Positions 1-9,358 of a stretch of 64,000 nucleotides of DNA are shown one piece after another. Source of the DNA: Lentisphaerae bacterium GWF2_50_93 (GTDB taxonomy: Bacteria > Verrucomicrobiota > Lentisphaeria > Victivallales > GWF2-50-93). The stretch is taken from contig MHBI01000065.1 of the NCBI GenBank assembly GCA_001804815.1, positions 20,553-84,552 on the forward strand, given 5' to 3'. The position numbers and the translations under genes were made by a program. Positions within the stretch are counted from its first letter, which is position 1, and every line of letters begins with the position of its first letter. The notes below the pieces were generated by a model, which saw nothing but the letters and a program-made list of their open reading frames with translations, was not told where the DNA came from and ran no database searches.

Positions 1-837
1 GTCAAGCCCGGCCAGACCAGTTCCAGGTACTGGGACTACAAGGGCGTTCCAAAGGATCTCAAATCCCCACTCTATTTCAGATACAGGATCTATGTCGGTA
101 AGATATCCTCCAAGGACCAGAGGGAGACCGAAGGCTTATGGAGCATCAGGATACTTGTTCCCGAAAACGACATAAAGGACAGGAAGCCAGGAGAGGAAGT
201 CAAGATGAGGGAGGTTTTCATCCCCAAGTCGCAGTATCCTGAAAGGGAGATGTGCGGTGTTTTCCATGAAATGGCGCTGATGCCGGCCGTAGTCGACAAG
301 GATGGGACCGTGACGATTGCATTCACGAATTTCGACAGGGAGCAGAAGCCTGTTTATTTCCAGGGCGCGGACGGGCCCAAGCTGCTTATAAGCGCAGGTT
401 CGTTCTGGGATAATTATCTCAGGGCTGTCTTCGTGATTTTCCTCAGGATACTTTTCCTGGCCGGACTTGCCTGTACCGCCGGCGGACTCCTGTCAATGCC
501 TACCGCCGTATTTGTCGTATTGTCATATCTCCTTATTGGAATATGCGCCTCCTATATCATCAATATTGAGACGGAATTCGGCGAAGATGACGAACTGACC
601 CAGTATGAAGCATGGCATGAGACTGCGGCCAGGGTTTTGAGCCATACAATCCTATGGGGGATAATACCAATGCAGAAGTTTGAAGTCTCCGATTCCGTGG
701 CGAATGGCGAGTTAATTGAATACTCCATGATTGCAAGGACAGTATTCGATTTTTTCATATTGAGGGGAGTTCCAATTTTCCTTCTGGGGATATTATTGTA
801 TAGACGGAGAGAACTGGGGACAATCATAAGAAAATGA
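1..837 (+). CDS. ABC-2-type permease-like membrane protein, 5'-truncated by the window edge
   Basis: Frame +1 is open from base 1 into the 205..837 ORF. C-terminal TM helices and a typical ABC-permease ending (LLYRRRELG). Overlaps the next gene (ATGA). Confidence 0.6.
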   Translation, partial: VKPGQTSSRYWDYKGVPKDLKSPLYFRYRIYVGKISSKDQRETEGLWSIRILVPENDIKDRKPGEEVKMREVFIPKSQYPEREMCGVFHEMALMPAVVDKDGTVTIAFTNFDREQKPVYFQGADGPKLLISAGSFWDNYLRAVFVIFLRILFLAGLACTAGGLLSMPTAVFVVLSYLLIGICASYIINIETEFGEDDELTQYEAWHETAARVLSHTILWGIIPMQKFEVSDSVANGELIEYSMIARTVFDFFILRGVPIFLLGILLYRRRELGTIIRK

Positions 838-2450
838 GCACAGTCAGAAGAATTATTGCGCCGCTTGTCGTGTTCCTGTTCATAACAGGGATATTTGTCG
901 TGTGCACGAATTACGTGCAGAGGCAGATAAACGGCATAAAGGTCGCCGAAAAGCTGACCGACACTGATCCGGTGGAGAATGCTCCGCCGATCGTGGCTTT
1001 TACTACTGTTGCACTTGGAAGTTTCAGGGGTATCGTGGCGGATCTTCTCTGGCTCAGGACAATCGCGCTGCAGGACAAGGGGCAGTACTTCGAAATGGTG
1101 CAGCTCGCCTCGTGGATCACCAAGCTTCAGCCGCGCTTCACGGGAGCCACCGCATATCTTGCGTGGAACATGGCCTACAATATTTCGGTGACTTTCTCGT
1201 CGCCTGAGGACAGATGGCGCTGGGTGAGGAGGGGGATAGAGCTTATCAGGGACGAGGCCCTCAACTACAATCCCGCAGATCCGGTCCTGTACAAGGAACT
1301 TGGCTGGATCTACCAGCATAAACTTGGAAATATCATGGACGACGCAAACCTTTATTACAAGAACCAGATGGCCACGGAACTAATGGACGTCTTCGGAGGG
1401 CCTGAGCCTGACTGGGAGTATCTGGCGGCAATGCCCGACAATGAGGACCAGTTCAAAAAGCACTTCAATGAAAAGTCGCCCGTATGGAAGGCACTGCAGG
1501 ACTCCGGGATAAATACGCTCGACGCTCTGGAAAGAAGTTTCAGGGAGGAGAAGAAGCTGCCTGGGAAATTCACCGATAAGTTGAAGGATGGCGTGGATGC
1601 CAGGTTTGTTGAAAGCTACCTGAGGAGCAGATGGCTCAAGAGCAAGTTCAAGCTTGATCCTAAAAAGGTCATTCAGATCAACAACAAATATGGAAAACTC
1701 GACTGGCGTCTTCCTGAAGCACATGCCATATACTGGGCCACCCTGGGCATAGAGCATCAGCTTACTAAAGAACCGGATGTCAGCTGCGAACGCATGATCT
1801 CCCAGTCCCTGGCCGACTCATTCAAGGCCGGACGCCTGCTTGTTTTTGACAAGAACAACTTCAAGAGCCTTCTTCTTGCTCCGAATTTCAACATAGTCGA
1901 TGCTGTAAAAAAGGAATTCGAGGATGTCTATGAGCGTCAGAAGTCCAAGTCTTTCCTGGCAGCCAAGGAGAATTTCATGGTGGATGCGATCGTCAGCATG
2001 TACAATTTCGGGAAATACAAGAAGGCTGAAGAGTATCTCCTAGTGCTGCGGAAGGAATATCCGGGCAATCCCAGATACAGGAAGAGTCTCGAGGAATTCG
2101 CGATCAAGGAGTGGATGGAGGATGCGAAGGACGGCTCCATGAAACAGGTCATGGGGATAATCGACGGTCTTTTGTTCCAAAGCATGTATTACCTTGCTTA
2201 TGGGGATGCTGAAACCGCTGTGGCGCATGAAAAGATGGCTCAGAACATATATTCCTATTACAGGCAGTCGCAGAGCGCAAGCTTGAACAGGGTGGGGCTC
2301 GCACCATATCAGGAAATAAAGGCGAAGATAATAGGCAGCTGTCTCACTAATTTTCCAAAACAGATTTCCGACAGCCTCCGCGCCGCCCTTGAGGAGCAGA
2401 AAGTGCTCAACAAGGAAGACAAGGGCATTTCAAAGGAGAAAAAGGATTGA
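834..2450 (+). CDS. Conserved PVC-type hypothetical protein (N-terminal TM, helical/TPR-like)
   Basis: 538 aa ORF with N-terminal hydrophobic segment and motifs LGSFRGIVADLLW, ITKLQPRF, AWNMAYNIS, ELGWIYQHK. Translationally coupled to the permease. Confidence 0.75.
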   Translation: MSTVRRIIAPLVVFLFITGIFVVCTNYVQRQINGIKVAEKLTDTDPVENAPPIVAFTTVALGSFRGIVADLLWLRTIALQDKGQYFEMVQLASWITKLQPRFTGATAYLAWNMAYNISVTFSSPEDRWRWVRRGIELIRDEALNYNPADPVLYKELGWIYQHKLGNIMDDANLYYKNQMATELMDVFGGPEPDWEYLAAMPDNEDQFKKHFNEKSPVWKALQDSGINTLDALERSFREEKKLPGKFTDKLKDGVDARFVESYLRSRWLKSKFKLDPKKVIQINNKYGKLDWRLPEAHAIYWATLGIEHQLTKEPDVSCERMISQSLADSFKAGRLLVFDKNNFKSLLLAPNFNIVDAVKKEFEDVYERQKSKSFLAAKENFMVDAIVSMYNFGKYKKAEEYLLVLRKEYPGNPRYRKSLEEFAIKEWMEDAKDGSMKQVMGIIDGLLFQSMYYLAYGDAETAVAHEKMAQNIYSYYRQSQSASLNRVGLAPYQEIKAKIIGSCLTNFPKQISDSLRAALEEQKVLNKEDKGISKEKKD

Positions 2451-2521
2451 ACCGCCCGGATTTGAAGGTGGATTGAAAAATCCATGCCACTGAAAAAGAG
2501 CGAATTTGTATTTTGTTTTTA

Positions 2522-2561
2522 GTACGGATTCAGTAAACGACATCGTTTACTGAATACGTGC
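2522..2561. repeat. Palindromic hairpin (terminator or collapsed MITE)
   Basis: ATTCAGTAAACGA-CA-TCGTTTACTGAAT, a perfect 13-bp stem between convergent genes. Confidence 0.6.
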
Positions 2562-2691
2562 CATCTTCGTCGCGTATCACAACACGCTGCCACCTAAATA
2601 CTTGCGGTTTTTCGTTCAATGCAGGTGCGAACCATAAACAGCACAATCTTTGACAGATAATCTCGTGCGGAAGGATTTCCGCCGAGAGTAT

Positions 2692-3741
2692 CTAGGCCGA
2701 CTTCTTGTATTCCATGAAAAGCTCCGAGCCCAGCTCCTTGTACGACTGATACCTCTGGGACGGGTCACGCTTGATCATCTTGTTCAAAATCCTGATTATT
2801 TCCGGATTGGTCTTGTCTGGAAGTTTTCCCATGGAATTGTTCATCCTGAGAGACAGCACATGCTTTTCAACAAGGTGCTTGATGTCTTCGGACGAGTAGA
2901 AGGTCTGGCCTGAAATCATATGGAACATGAGCATTCCAAGGCTGTAGATCTCGCTGTACTGCGATTCCGGAGCCCCTACTATCCTCTCGGGCGGAATATA
3001 ATGAGGGGAACCGAGTATCTGGTCGGCCTTGCTGCCGTTGATGGCTTCCTGTACAGGTATTGCAAGCCCATAATCGATCATCTTCACGTTTCCTCTCCGG
3101 TCTATGAGTACGTTCTGCGGTTTCAGATCCCTGAAAAGATATCCGCTGTCGTAGATATGCTGTTCGGCAGATAGTATCTGGAGGGACCAGAGAAGAATCT
3201 GGCTGTCAGGGCGTTTCACAGGAGATTCAATTATCTGATCGAGCCTAATTCCTTCGATGAACTCATATACGGCATAATATTCATTCAGCCATACCCCGTA
3301 TTCATATACTTTGGTCAGGTGGGGATGGTTCCCGAACTTGCTGCCTGTCCTTGCCTCTGTAATGAGGGACTCGATGAGGAAATTGTCGCTTTTCATCTTC
3401 CTGGGCAGTATTTTCACTGCATATTCAAGTTCGGAATCATGCCTGTCGAAAGCATGGTATACGCTTCCCATGCCTCCTCCGCCAAGAGGTTCATAGAGCC
3501 AGTAGTCCTTCAGGAGGAACGGGATGAAATTTGAATTCGAGCAGTCTGTACATTTTGAAATGCTCAGCGGGATGTTCTTGTCCAGATGAACCCTTGAACC
3601 GCAATTGCTGCAGATTATGAAACCGTCTTCGAGATATCCGAGTTCCGGCTTCGCCATGATCAGCTGGGTTTTCTCCCTATGCAGATCCAGCATCCCGGTA
3701 TCCAGGTTTCCATTCTCATGCTTGAACAGATTGAAGTTCAT
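2692..3741 (-). CDS. Hanks-type Ser/Thr protein kinase with N-terminal double-CxxC Zn ribbon
   Basis: GGGGMGSVY, AVK, FRDLKPQN, DYG, GSPHYIPPE; CSNC...CTDC at the N-terminus; no TM segment. Confidence 0.92.
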   Translation of the reverse strand: MNFNLFKHENGNLDTGMLDLHREKTQLIMAKPELGYLEDGFIICSNCGSRVHLDKNIPLSISKCTDCSNSNFIPFLLKDYWLYEPLGGGGMGSVYHAFDRHDSELEYAVKILPRKMKSDNFLIESLITEARTGSKFGNHPHLTKVYEYGVWLNEYYAVYEFIEGIRLDQIIESPVKRPDSQILLWSLQILSAEQHIYDSGYLFRDLKPQNVLIDRRGNVKMIDYGLAIPVQEAINGSKADQILGSPHYIPPERIVGAPESQYSEIYSLGMLMFHMISGQTFYSSEDIKHLVEKHVLSLRMNNSMGKLPDKTNPEIIRILNKMIKRDPSQRYQSYKELGSELFMEYKKSA

Positions 3742-4055
3742 TTTTCCCTCGTTCTCGGTAACCCAGACCCTAAAATTTCATTTCTCCCTGGACAAAATTA
3801 TAAGCAAATTACATGCCAAGGTTAAATAAACTGCAGGACGCCCCTCTTTTGAGCGATAAATGTTCTTTTTAGCTTAAGGTCTTAATTCACAAGGCTATCT
3901 ATATGAAGGTGTCACGGTACACTCATTGTTGAAAAATTTCAAATACCATATGAATATTTGAATTTCCACATATTCCTGTTATTTTTGAATCTGTGTATCA
4001 AGGGAACCTAGGTTCCATCAATGATTAAAATCACTAAACTCCGAGGTAGCCACGA

Positions 4056-4544
4056 ATGAACCGCGATGAAGTCAAAAAAATAGTATATGAAAATCTCCAG
4101 CAGGGTCTTTCCCTTTCCGACATCCAGAAGGTGCTTCATGACAAAGGGGAAATAATCACTTTCCTTGATTTGAGGCTTCTGGCTTCCGAACTTGAGAACC
4201 TGGACTGGAAAAAACTGGCCGGAGAAAAGGACGTTCCTCCTCCTGAGACTAAAAAGAAGGAAGAAACTGCAGATAAGGCTGATAAAACCGAGCCTGAAGG
4301 TGAAGAAGATGTGATCTCAGGTGACAAAGGGGAATGGTCCGGAGGTACAAAAATCGAAATCAGCAAGATCACGCGTCCCGGGGTTGCATTGAGCGGAAGC
4401 GCCACGTTCGCGTCCGGTGTCAAGGCAGATTGGTTTGTCGACCAGATGGGCAGGCTTGGACTTGAAAAAGCTACCGGCAAACCGACTCCGGAAGACGTCA
4501 AGGGATTCCAGGAAGAACTTCAGAAACAGCTGCAGGGTATGTGA
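4056..4544 (+). CDS. Conserved hypothetical protein
   Basis: 162 aa ORF, GAGGT RBS, acidic linker, C-terminal WFVDQMGRLGL; first gene of an overlapping-gene operon. Confidence 0.75.
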   Translation: MNRDEVKKIVYENLQQGLSLSDIQKVLHDKGEIITFLDLRLLASELENLDWKKLAGEKDVPPPETKKKEETADKADKTEPEGEEDVISGDKGEWSGGTKIEISKITRPGVALSGSATFASGVKADWFVDQMGRLGLEKATGKPTPEDVKGFQEELQKQLQGM

Positions 4545-5518
4545 AAATAAAATTTTCAGGCGAAAATTTTGTGACGGATAAAAAATTCATTGAATCCATA
4601 TCCGAAAATGATATCAAGGGGCTGGCGGAAGCCGACTCCAAGGGTTTCCTGATGGCTCCGGGTGAAGATGCTGAAAGCTACAGGAAGCGGCTTCTTGTGA
4701 TGGACGAATCCTATTCCGAGGTCGAAAAGGAACTCTGTTCTTCCGACAGTTATAATATTTTCGGGGAGTTCACGATTGACACCAGTAAGCGCATCAGTCC
4801 GGAAATATTGGGTGAGGCTGCGGAGCTCACTCAGAGATATTATGGTTTCAACATAGACTGGGTTCCGGGTTTCTTTCTTTCGAAGAGCCTGGGTGTCCTC
4901 TGGGGTGGATGCGCCATTTCGTTCCCGGATCAGAATCAGCTGTCGATCTTCATAATCCGTGCGAATTTCGCAAAAAAGAAACGTTGGCTATTCTACCGCA
5001 GGGACGAACTTCTGGCCCATGAGCTCTGCCATGTGGCGAGAGTCCCAGTGCGTGACAGGACCTTCGAGGAGCTTTTCGCATACAGGCTCTCCCCGAGCCC
5101 CCTGAGGCGGTACATGGGGAACTGTTTCCGCCATGACTATGACGCCATCCTTTTCATACTTCCTGTCTTCCTGTTGCTGGGAATGCAGATATTGAGGTTG
5201 TTCTTCGGCCTTGACCAGAAAATTCCGATATGGCCGTTCTGGATCCTTGCAGGGATATATCCGCTTTTCCTGATGCTCCGCAACCATTTCAACCGGTATA
5301 TTTTTTTCAGTGCCAAGACGAACCTCGAAAAAGCCGGCATGCCCGAACCTCTCCCCATACTTTTCAGATCCAACGGAGATGAGCTGAAAAAAATATCATC
5401 TTTGAAGGATTCAAACGAGCTCAGGAAATGGTTGGACGAAAAAGCTGGAGATGAACTGCGCTGGAAAGTGATCAAGTTTAGGTTCTTCCCCAAAAATGAA
5501 ACAAGGAGCGTCTCTTGA
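4541..5518 (+). CDS. Membrane protein with HExxH zincin motif (putative metallopeptidase)
   Basis: LLAHELCHVAR followed by a downstream EE (FEELFAY) and two TM helices; 4-bp overlaps on both sides. Confidence 0.65.
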   Translation: MKIKFSGENFVTDKKFIESISENDIKGLAEADSKGFLMAPGEDAESYRKRLLVMDESYSEVEKELCSSDSYNIFGEFTIDTSKRISPEILGEAAELTQRYYGFNIDWVPGFFLSKSLGVLWGGCAISFPDQNQLSIFIIRANFAKKKRWLFYRRDELLAHELCHVARVPVRDRTFEELFAYRLSPSPLRRYMGNCFRHDYDAILFILPVFLLLGMQILRLFFGLDQKIPIWPFWILAGIYPLFLMLRNHFNRYIFFSAKTNLEKAGMPEPLPILFRSNGDELKKISSLKDSNELRKWLDEKAGDELRWKVIKFRFFPKNETRSVS

Positions 5519-6576
5519 AAAAATATAAGATTGCAGTTATTGCAGGTGACGGCATAGGTCCGGAAGTTATTGCTGAAGGCACAAAAGTACTTAAAAAGAT
5601 TGGCGAACTGGACGGCTCGTTCACTTTCGAGTTTGATCATTTTCCATGGGGCTGTGCATACTATCTGAAAAACGGCAGGATGATGGATGATGACGGCATG
5701 GAGAAACTAAGGAAATATGACGCGATCTATCTTGGAGCCGTCGGAACTCCAGGTGTCCCTGACCATGTTTCCGTAAGAGATTTGCTGTTGAAGATCCGAA
5801 GAGGCTTTGACCAGTATGTCAATCTTCGTCCTGTCCGCCTTCTGGAAGGAGCCTCCTGCCCGTTGAAAAATGTCAAACGGGAAGATATCAACATGATCGT
5901 CGTACGGGAAAACAGCGAAGGCGAATATGCCGGTGCAGGGGAATGGTTCTTCGAGGGCAAACCGGAGGAATTAGTCCTTCAGACGGGTGTCTTTTCACGG
6001 AAAGGCACTGAAAGGATCATTCGTTATGCTTTTGAAATTGCCCGTAAGGAGAAAAAGACATTGACAAGCATCAGCAAGGGAAACGCCCTCAATTACTCAA
6101 TGGTATTCTGGGATCAGATATTCAAGGAACTGAGCAAAGACTATCCTGACGTCAAAACCTCTTCCGTACTGGTTGATGCTGCAGCCATGTTCTTCGTAAG
6201 ACAGCCGCACAAGTTCCAGGTCGTAGTCACATCAAATTTGTTCGGAGATATACTCACGGATCTTGGCGCTGCCATCGCGGGTGGCATGGGACTGGCTGCG
6301 GGAGCGAATATCAATCCTGAAAGGACCTTCCCTTCCATGTTCGAACCTGTCCATGGTTCAGCACCCGACATCGCTGGAAAAGGGATCGCGAGTCCACTGG
6401 CAGCTATCTGGTCTGCAAGCCAGATGCTCGATTTCCTAGGACATGAGGCCTGGGGCAAAAAGGTGCTTGATGCTGTCCAGAAGACTCTGGTTGAAGCAAA
6501 GACACTCACTCCAGACGCAGGCGGAAAAGCAGAAACCTCGGAAGTCGGCGATGCGGTTGCGAACGCACTGAAGTAA
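5515..6576 (+). CDS. Tartrate dehydrogenase/D-malate dehydrogenase (isocitrate/isopropylmalate dehydrogenase family)
   Basis: GDGIGPEV, VRENSEGEY, NLFGDILTD, SMFEPVHGSAPDIAGKGIA; FDQYVNLRP and 'MVFWD' are typical of the tartrate dehydrogenase branch. Confidence 0.88.
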   Translation: MKKYKIAVIAGDGIGPEVIAEGTKVLKKIGELDGSFTFEFDHFPWGCAYYLKNGRMMDDDGMEKLRKYDAIYLGAVGTPGVPDHVSVRDLLLKIRRGFDQYVNLRPVRLLEGASCPLKNVKREDINMIVVRENSEGEYAGAGEWFFEGKPEELVLQTGVFSRKGTERIIRYAFEIARKEKKTLTSISKGNALNYSMVFWDQIFKELSKDYPDVKTSSVLVDAAAMFFVRQPHKFQVVVTSNLFGDILTDLGAAIAGGMGLAAGANINPERTFPSMFEPVHGSAPDIAGKGIASPLAAIWSASQMLDFLGHEAWGKKVLDAVQKTLVEAKTLTPDAGGKAETSEVGDAVANALK

Positions 6577-6607
6577 TAATACCCTATAGAGACTAGCAGG
6601 AGGCTTT

Positions 6608-7375
6608 ATGGCAAAGCTCAAGGATATAGTTGGATTCCTCGACGGACTCTTCCTGACCAACCCGAACCTCAAGGACGACTCCAACAACGGTCTGCAGATC
6701 CAGGGCAGTATCGAAGTCAAAAAGACGGTGTTCGGCGTCGATGCATGCAATGCGCTCTTTGAAAAGGCGATTGAGAAAAAGGCTGATTTCATATTCGTAC
6801 ACCATGGACTTAGCTGGAACGACAATTTAAGGCGGCTCATCGGCCCAAATGCCAGAAGGATCGCACCGCTTTTCAAGAATGACATCTCCCTCTATGCCGC
6901 TCACCTACCGCTTGACATGCATCCTGATATCGGGCACAACGTCCTGATCGCGAGAATGCTGAAGCTCCAGAACTGCAGGAACTTTGCGAAATTCGCTGGC
7001 GGCGAACTCGGAATAGCCGGGGATCTCGAGGAGGAGACAAGCACTGCAAAACTTTCGTCCATCCTTGATAAAGAATTGGACACCAAATGTTATGTCATCG
7101 GCAATGCCTCGAAGCCTGTGAGGAAAATTGCGATAATCTCCGGCGGAGGCTGCAGGCCGGAAGGAATTACCGAGGCTGCAAGGCAGGGAATAGACTGCTT
7201 CATATCCGGCGAGGGGAACCATACTTCATATCATTTCATCAGGGAAGAGAACATCAGCGTCATTGTCGCAGGACATTATGCCACTGAAAAACCCGGAGTG
7301 CTCGCGGTGATGGACAAGATCAAGGAGAAATTCGGCATCGGCTGCGAGTTCGTAGATATTCCTACTGGATTGTAA
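6608..7375 (+). CDS. Nif3-like dinuclear metal-centre protein (YbgI/DUF34)
   Basis: NGLQ, FVHHGL, AAHLPLDMHP, GHYATE motifs; AGGAGG RBS. Confidence 0.92.
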   Translation: MAKLKDIVGFLDGLFLTNPNLKDDSNNGLQIQGSIEVKKTVFGVDACNALFEKAIEKKADFIFVHHGLSWNDNLRRLIGPNARRIAPLFKNDISLYAAHLPLDMHPDIGHNVLIARMLKLQNCRNFAKFAGGELGIAGDLEEETSTAKLSSILDKELDTKCYVIGNASKPVRKIAIISGGGCRPEGITEAARQGIDCFISGEGNHTSYHFIREENISVIVAGHYATEKPGVLAVMDKIKEKFGIGCEFVDIPTGL

Positions 7376-8375
7376 TTGGTGTCAGGAATTTTCCGGTTTT
7401 GAGGTATGATGCAAGGTTTTCGGCGGTCCTAAGCGACTTGCGTTCTACGGATTCCGCGGTGTTGAACGCATTGTGTGGAGTGAGTATTGCCCTGGAATCC
7501 TTCATGAGCTTTAACACTGCTGAAACGCTTTTCCGGGCTTCAGGTTTTAGTTTGGAAGCATTTTTTCCGTCCCTGAGAACAGAAGCAAGATCCTTTTCAA
7601 AGTCATAGACGTCAAGGCCGATACCTCCGAAAATGCCTTTTTCCAGTAGTTTCAACAGATCGCCTGAAGGAGCCACTTCACCGCGTCCGACATTTATGAA
7701 TATTGAACCGCTGGGCATGGACTTGAGAGTTTTATAGTCGAGCATTCCACGTGTGATGTCTGTCAGCGGCAATGCGCAGACAGCGATATCCGCATTTTCC
7801 AGCCCTTCCTTGAGAGAGACGTAGTGCAGTCCATATTTCCTTTTCATCTCAGGTTTCGGCTTTAAGTCGACACCTAGGATTTTCATCTGGAGCCCATGGG
7901 CGATGTCGACGAGTTCGGTGCCGATTTTACCGACGCCGATTACGGTTATCCTGCGGTTGCGGATTTCGCAGCCGGTGAGGCCGTCACGGTAGAACGTCTC
8001 AAAGGACTTTCTCTGGAGCGTAAGGTTGCGGAGGAGGGCGGTCCACATCATGAGGGCCTGTTCCGCAACCGCGCGTGCTGCATATTCCGGGAGATATGCG
8101 GCTGAAATCCCAGTTCTGGCCTTCCTTAAATAATCAGATACATGGTCATATCCTGTTGAACGGGTGATGATTGCGTCCAGCTTGTCCCGCCATTCGAGCG
8201 GGAATTTCGACTGTGTCCTGGTGCTGATTATTTTCGCTGGAGGGGATTTGTGGCCGCTTTCCTGGATGGTCTTCCAGGTGAAAAGGTATTTATGTCCTTT
8301 GGGCAGGACTTCCCTGAGGATATTTTCCTCCTCTTCGAATGCCTCGTAGAAAACCGCGGAATAATTATTCTTCAT
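7362..8375 (-). CDS. D-isomer-specific 2-hydroxyacid dehydrogenase (D-lactate dehydrogenase-like)
   Basis: TRSTGYDH, GVGKIG Rossmann motif, INVGRG, LDV, TPHNAF. Confidence 0.9.
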   Translation of the reverse strand: MKNNYSAVFYEAFEEEENILREVLPKGHKYLFTWKTIQESGHKSPPAKIISTRTQSKFPLEWRDKLDAIITRSTGYDHVSDYLRKARTGISAAYLPEYAARAVAEQALMMWTALLRNLTLQRKSFETFYRDGLTGCEIRNRRITVIGVGKIGTELVDIAHGLQMKILGVDLKPKPEMKRKYGLHYVSLKEGLENADIAVCALPLTDITRGMLDYKTLKSMPSGSIFINVGRGEVAPSGDLLKLLEKGIFGGIGLDVYDFEKDLASVLRDGKNASKLKPEARKSVSAVLKLMKDSRAILTPHNAFNTAESVERKSLRTAENLASYLKTGKFLTPITIQ

Positions 8376-8377
8376 GT

Positions 8378-9343
8378 TTATTTCTCCAACCGGGGTGCCT
8401 GTGCCATCATGACAATAAACGGATATCTCCAGTATGTAAAGCGTTCGAAGGTTTTTGTGTCTGGAAAGAAACGCAGGTAGTTTTCAATTCTTTCCCCTGG
8501 ATCGGAGCCGAACCGGAAGTCAAGCCCTTGGACTGAGAGAAGGGCATATTTGAAAAGATGCTGGTTTGCGAGTTTGAAGTCCTGCGGTTCGGCGGGAATT
8601 CCATATGAGGAGTTTTCAAGGCGTTCTTCAATCTGCTCCGGCCATATCCCCTGCCTTAATGACTTGTCCTTTAGGAGATCTGCAAAACTTCTCCCATGCC
8701 AGGACTTCCCGAACCTGATATCGACAGTATCGACACTCCCATTCTTTCTGAATTCGCAGAGGATGTGCAAGGGTTCACCTTTTTCGTTGAAAATCGAAAT
8801 TGTCTGCGCTTCAAAATCCTCCTGGTAAGCCATCTCGCAAAGCAGTCTTGTCAATTCATGCGTGTTCCCATATCCTTTCAGGAGTATTTCGGCCGGGGAA
8901 CCGGCCTGATGTTTGAAGTCTTCGCCGGGCTTGAGCTTTACTGAACGCTGGAGGAGCTTGAACATGTCGTCAACAGAAGGTGGAAGATTCTTGAATTCCT
9001 TTATGAGCATGTTTTTTATGATGAACGCGGATTCCCATCTGAGGAAGTCAGCCTTGTCGGGAAGCGTGCTGAAATAGGAGCCGTCAAGCTTCATCCCGCC
9101 AGCAAGTTTGAGATAGTCTGAGCGTATCTTGACGGAGGCGGCTCTGCGTTGGAGGATTTTTCCGGCGGAAGCAATGGCGTTTTCCATGTCTCCTTTTTCA
9201 ACCGCAGTCATCCATGCCTGTACATCGATAGAAGACGGGTATGGAGTGGTAGGAGGAAGGAGTTTCAATAAAAGAAGCACCAGCGCTACTGTAATGAATA
9301 CTGCTGCAAGCGAAAGAAAATATCCTTTAATGTTATTTTTCAT
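8378..9343 (-). CDS. Membrane-anchored hypothetical protein with a degenerate transglutaminase-like core
   Basis: N-terminal TM; GYGNTHE..LL..HILCE..VD pattern resembles the transglutaminase-like fold with Cys replaced by Thr. Confidence 0.55.
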   Translation of the reverse strand: MKNNIKGYFLSLAAVFITVALVLLLLKLLPPTTPYPSSIDVQAWMTAVEKGDMENAIASAGKILQRRAASVKIRSDYLKLAGGMKLDGSYFSTLPDKADFLRWESAFIIKNMLIKEFKNLPPSVDDMFKLLQRSVKLKPGEDFKHQAGSPAEILLKGYGNTHELTRLLCEMAYQEDFEAQTISIFNEKGEPLHILCEFRKNGSVDTVDIRFGKSWHGRSFADLLKDKSLRQGIWPEQIEERLENSSYGIPAEPQDFKLANQHLFKYALLSVQGLDFRFGSDPGERIENYLRFFPDTKTFERFTYWRYPFIVMMAQAPRLEK

Positions 9344-9358
9344 TTATTCCTCATGGGT

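Noticed and set aside
5515-6576. leuB assignment
   Set aside because: Sequence features fit the tartrate/D-malate dehydrogenase branch and there are no leu genes nearby; symbol withheld.
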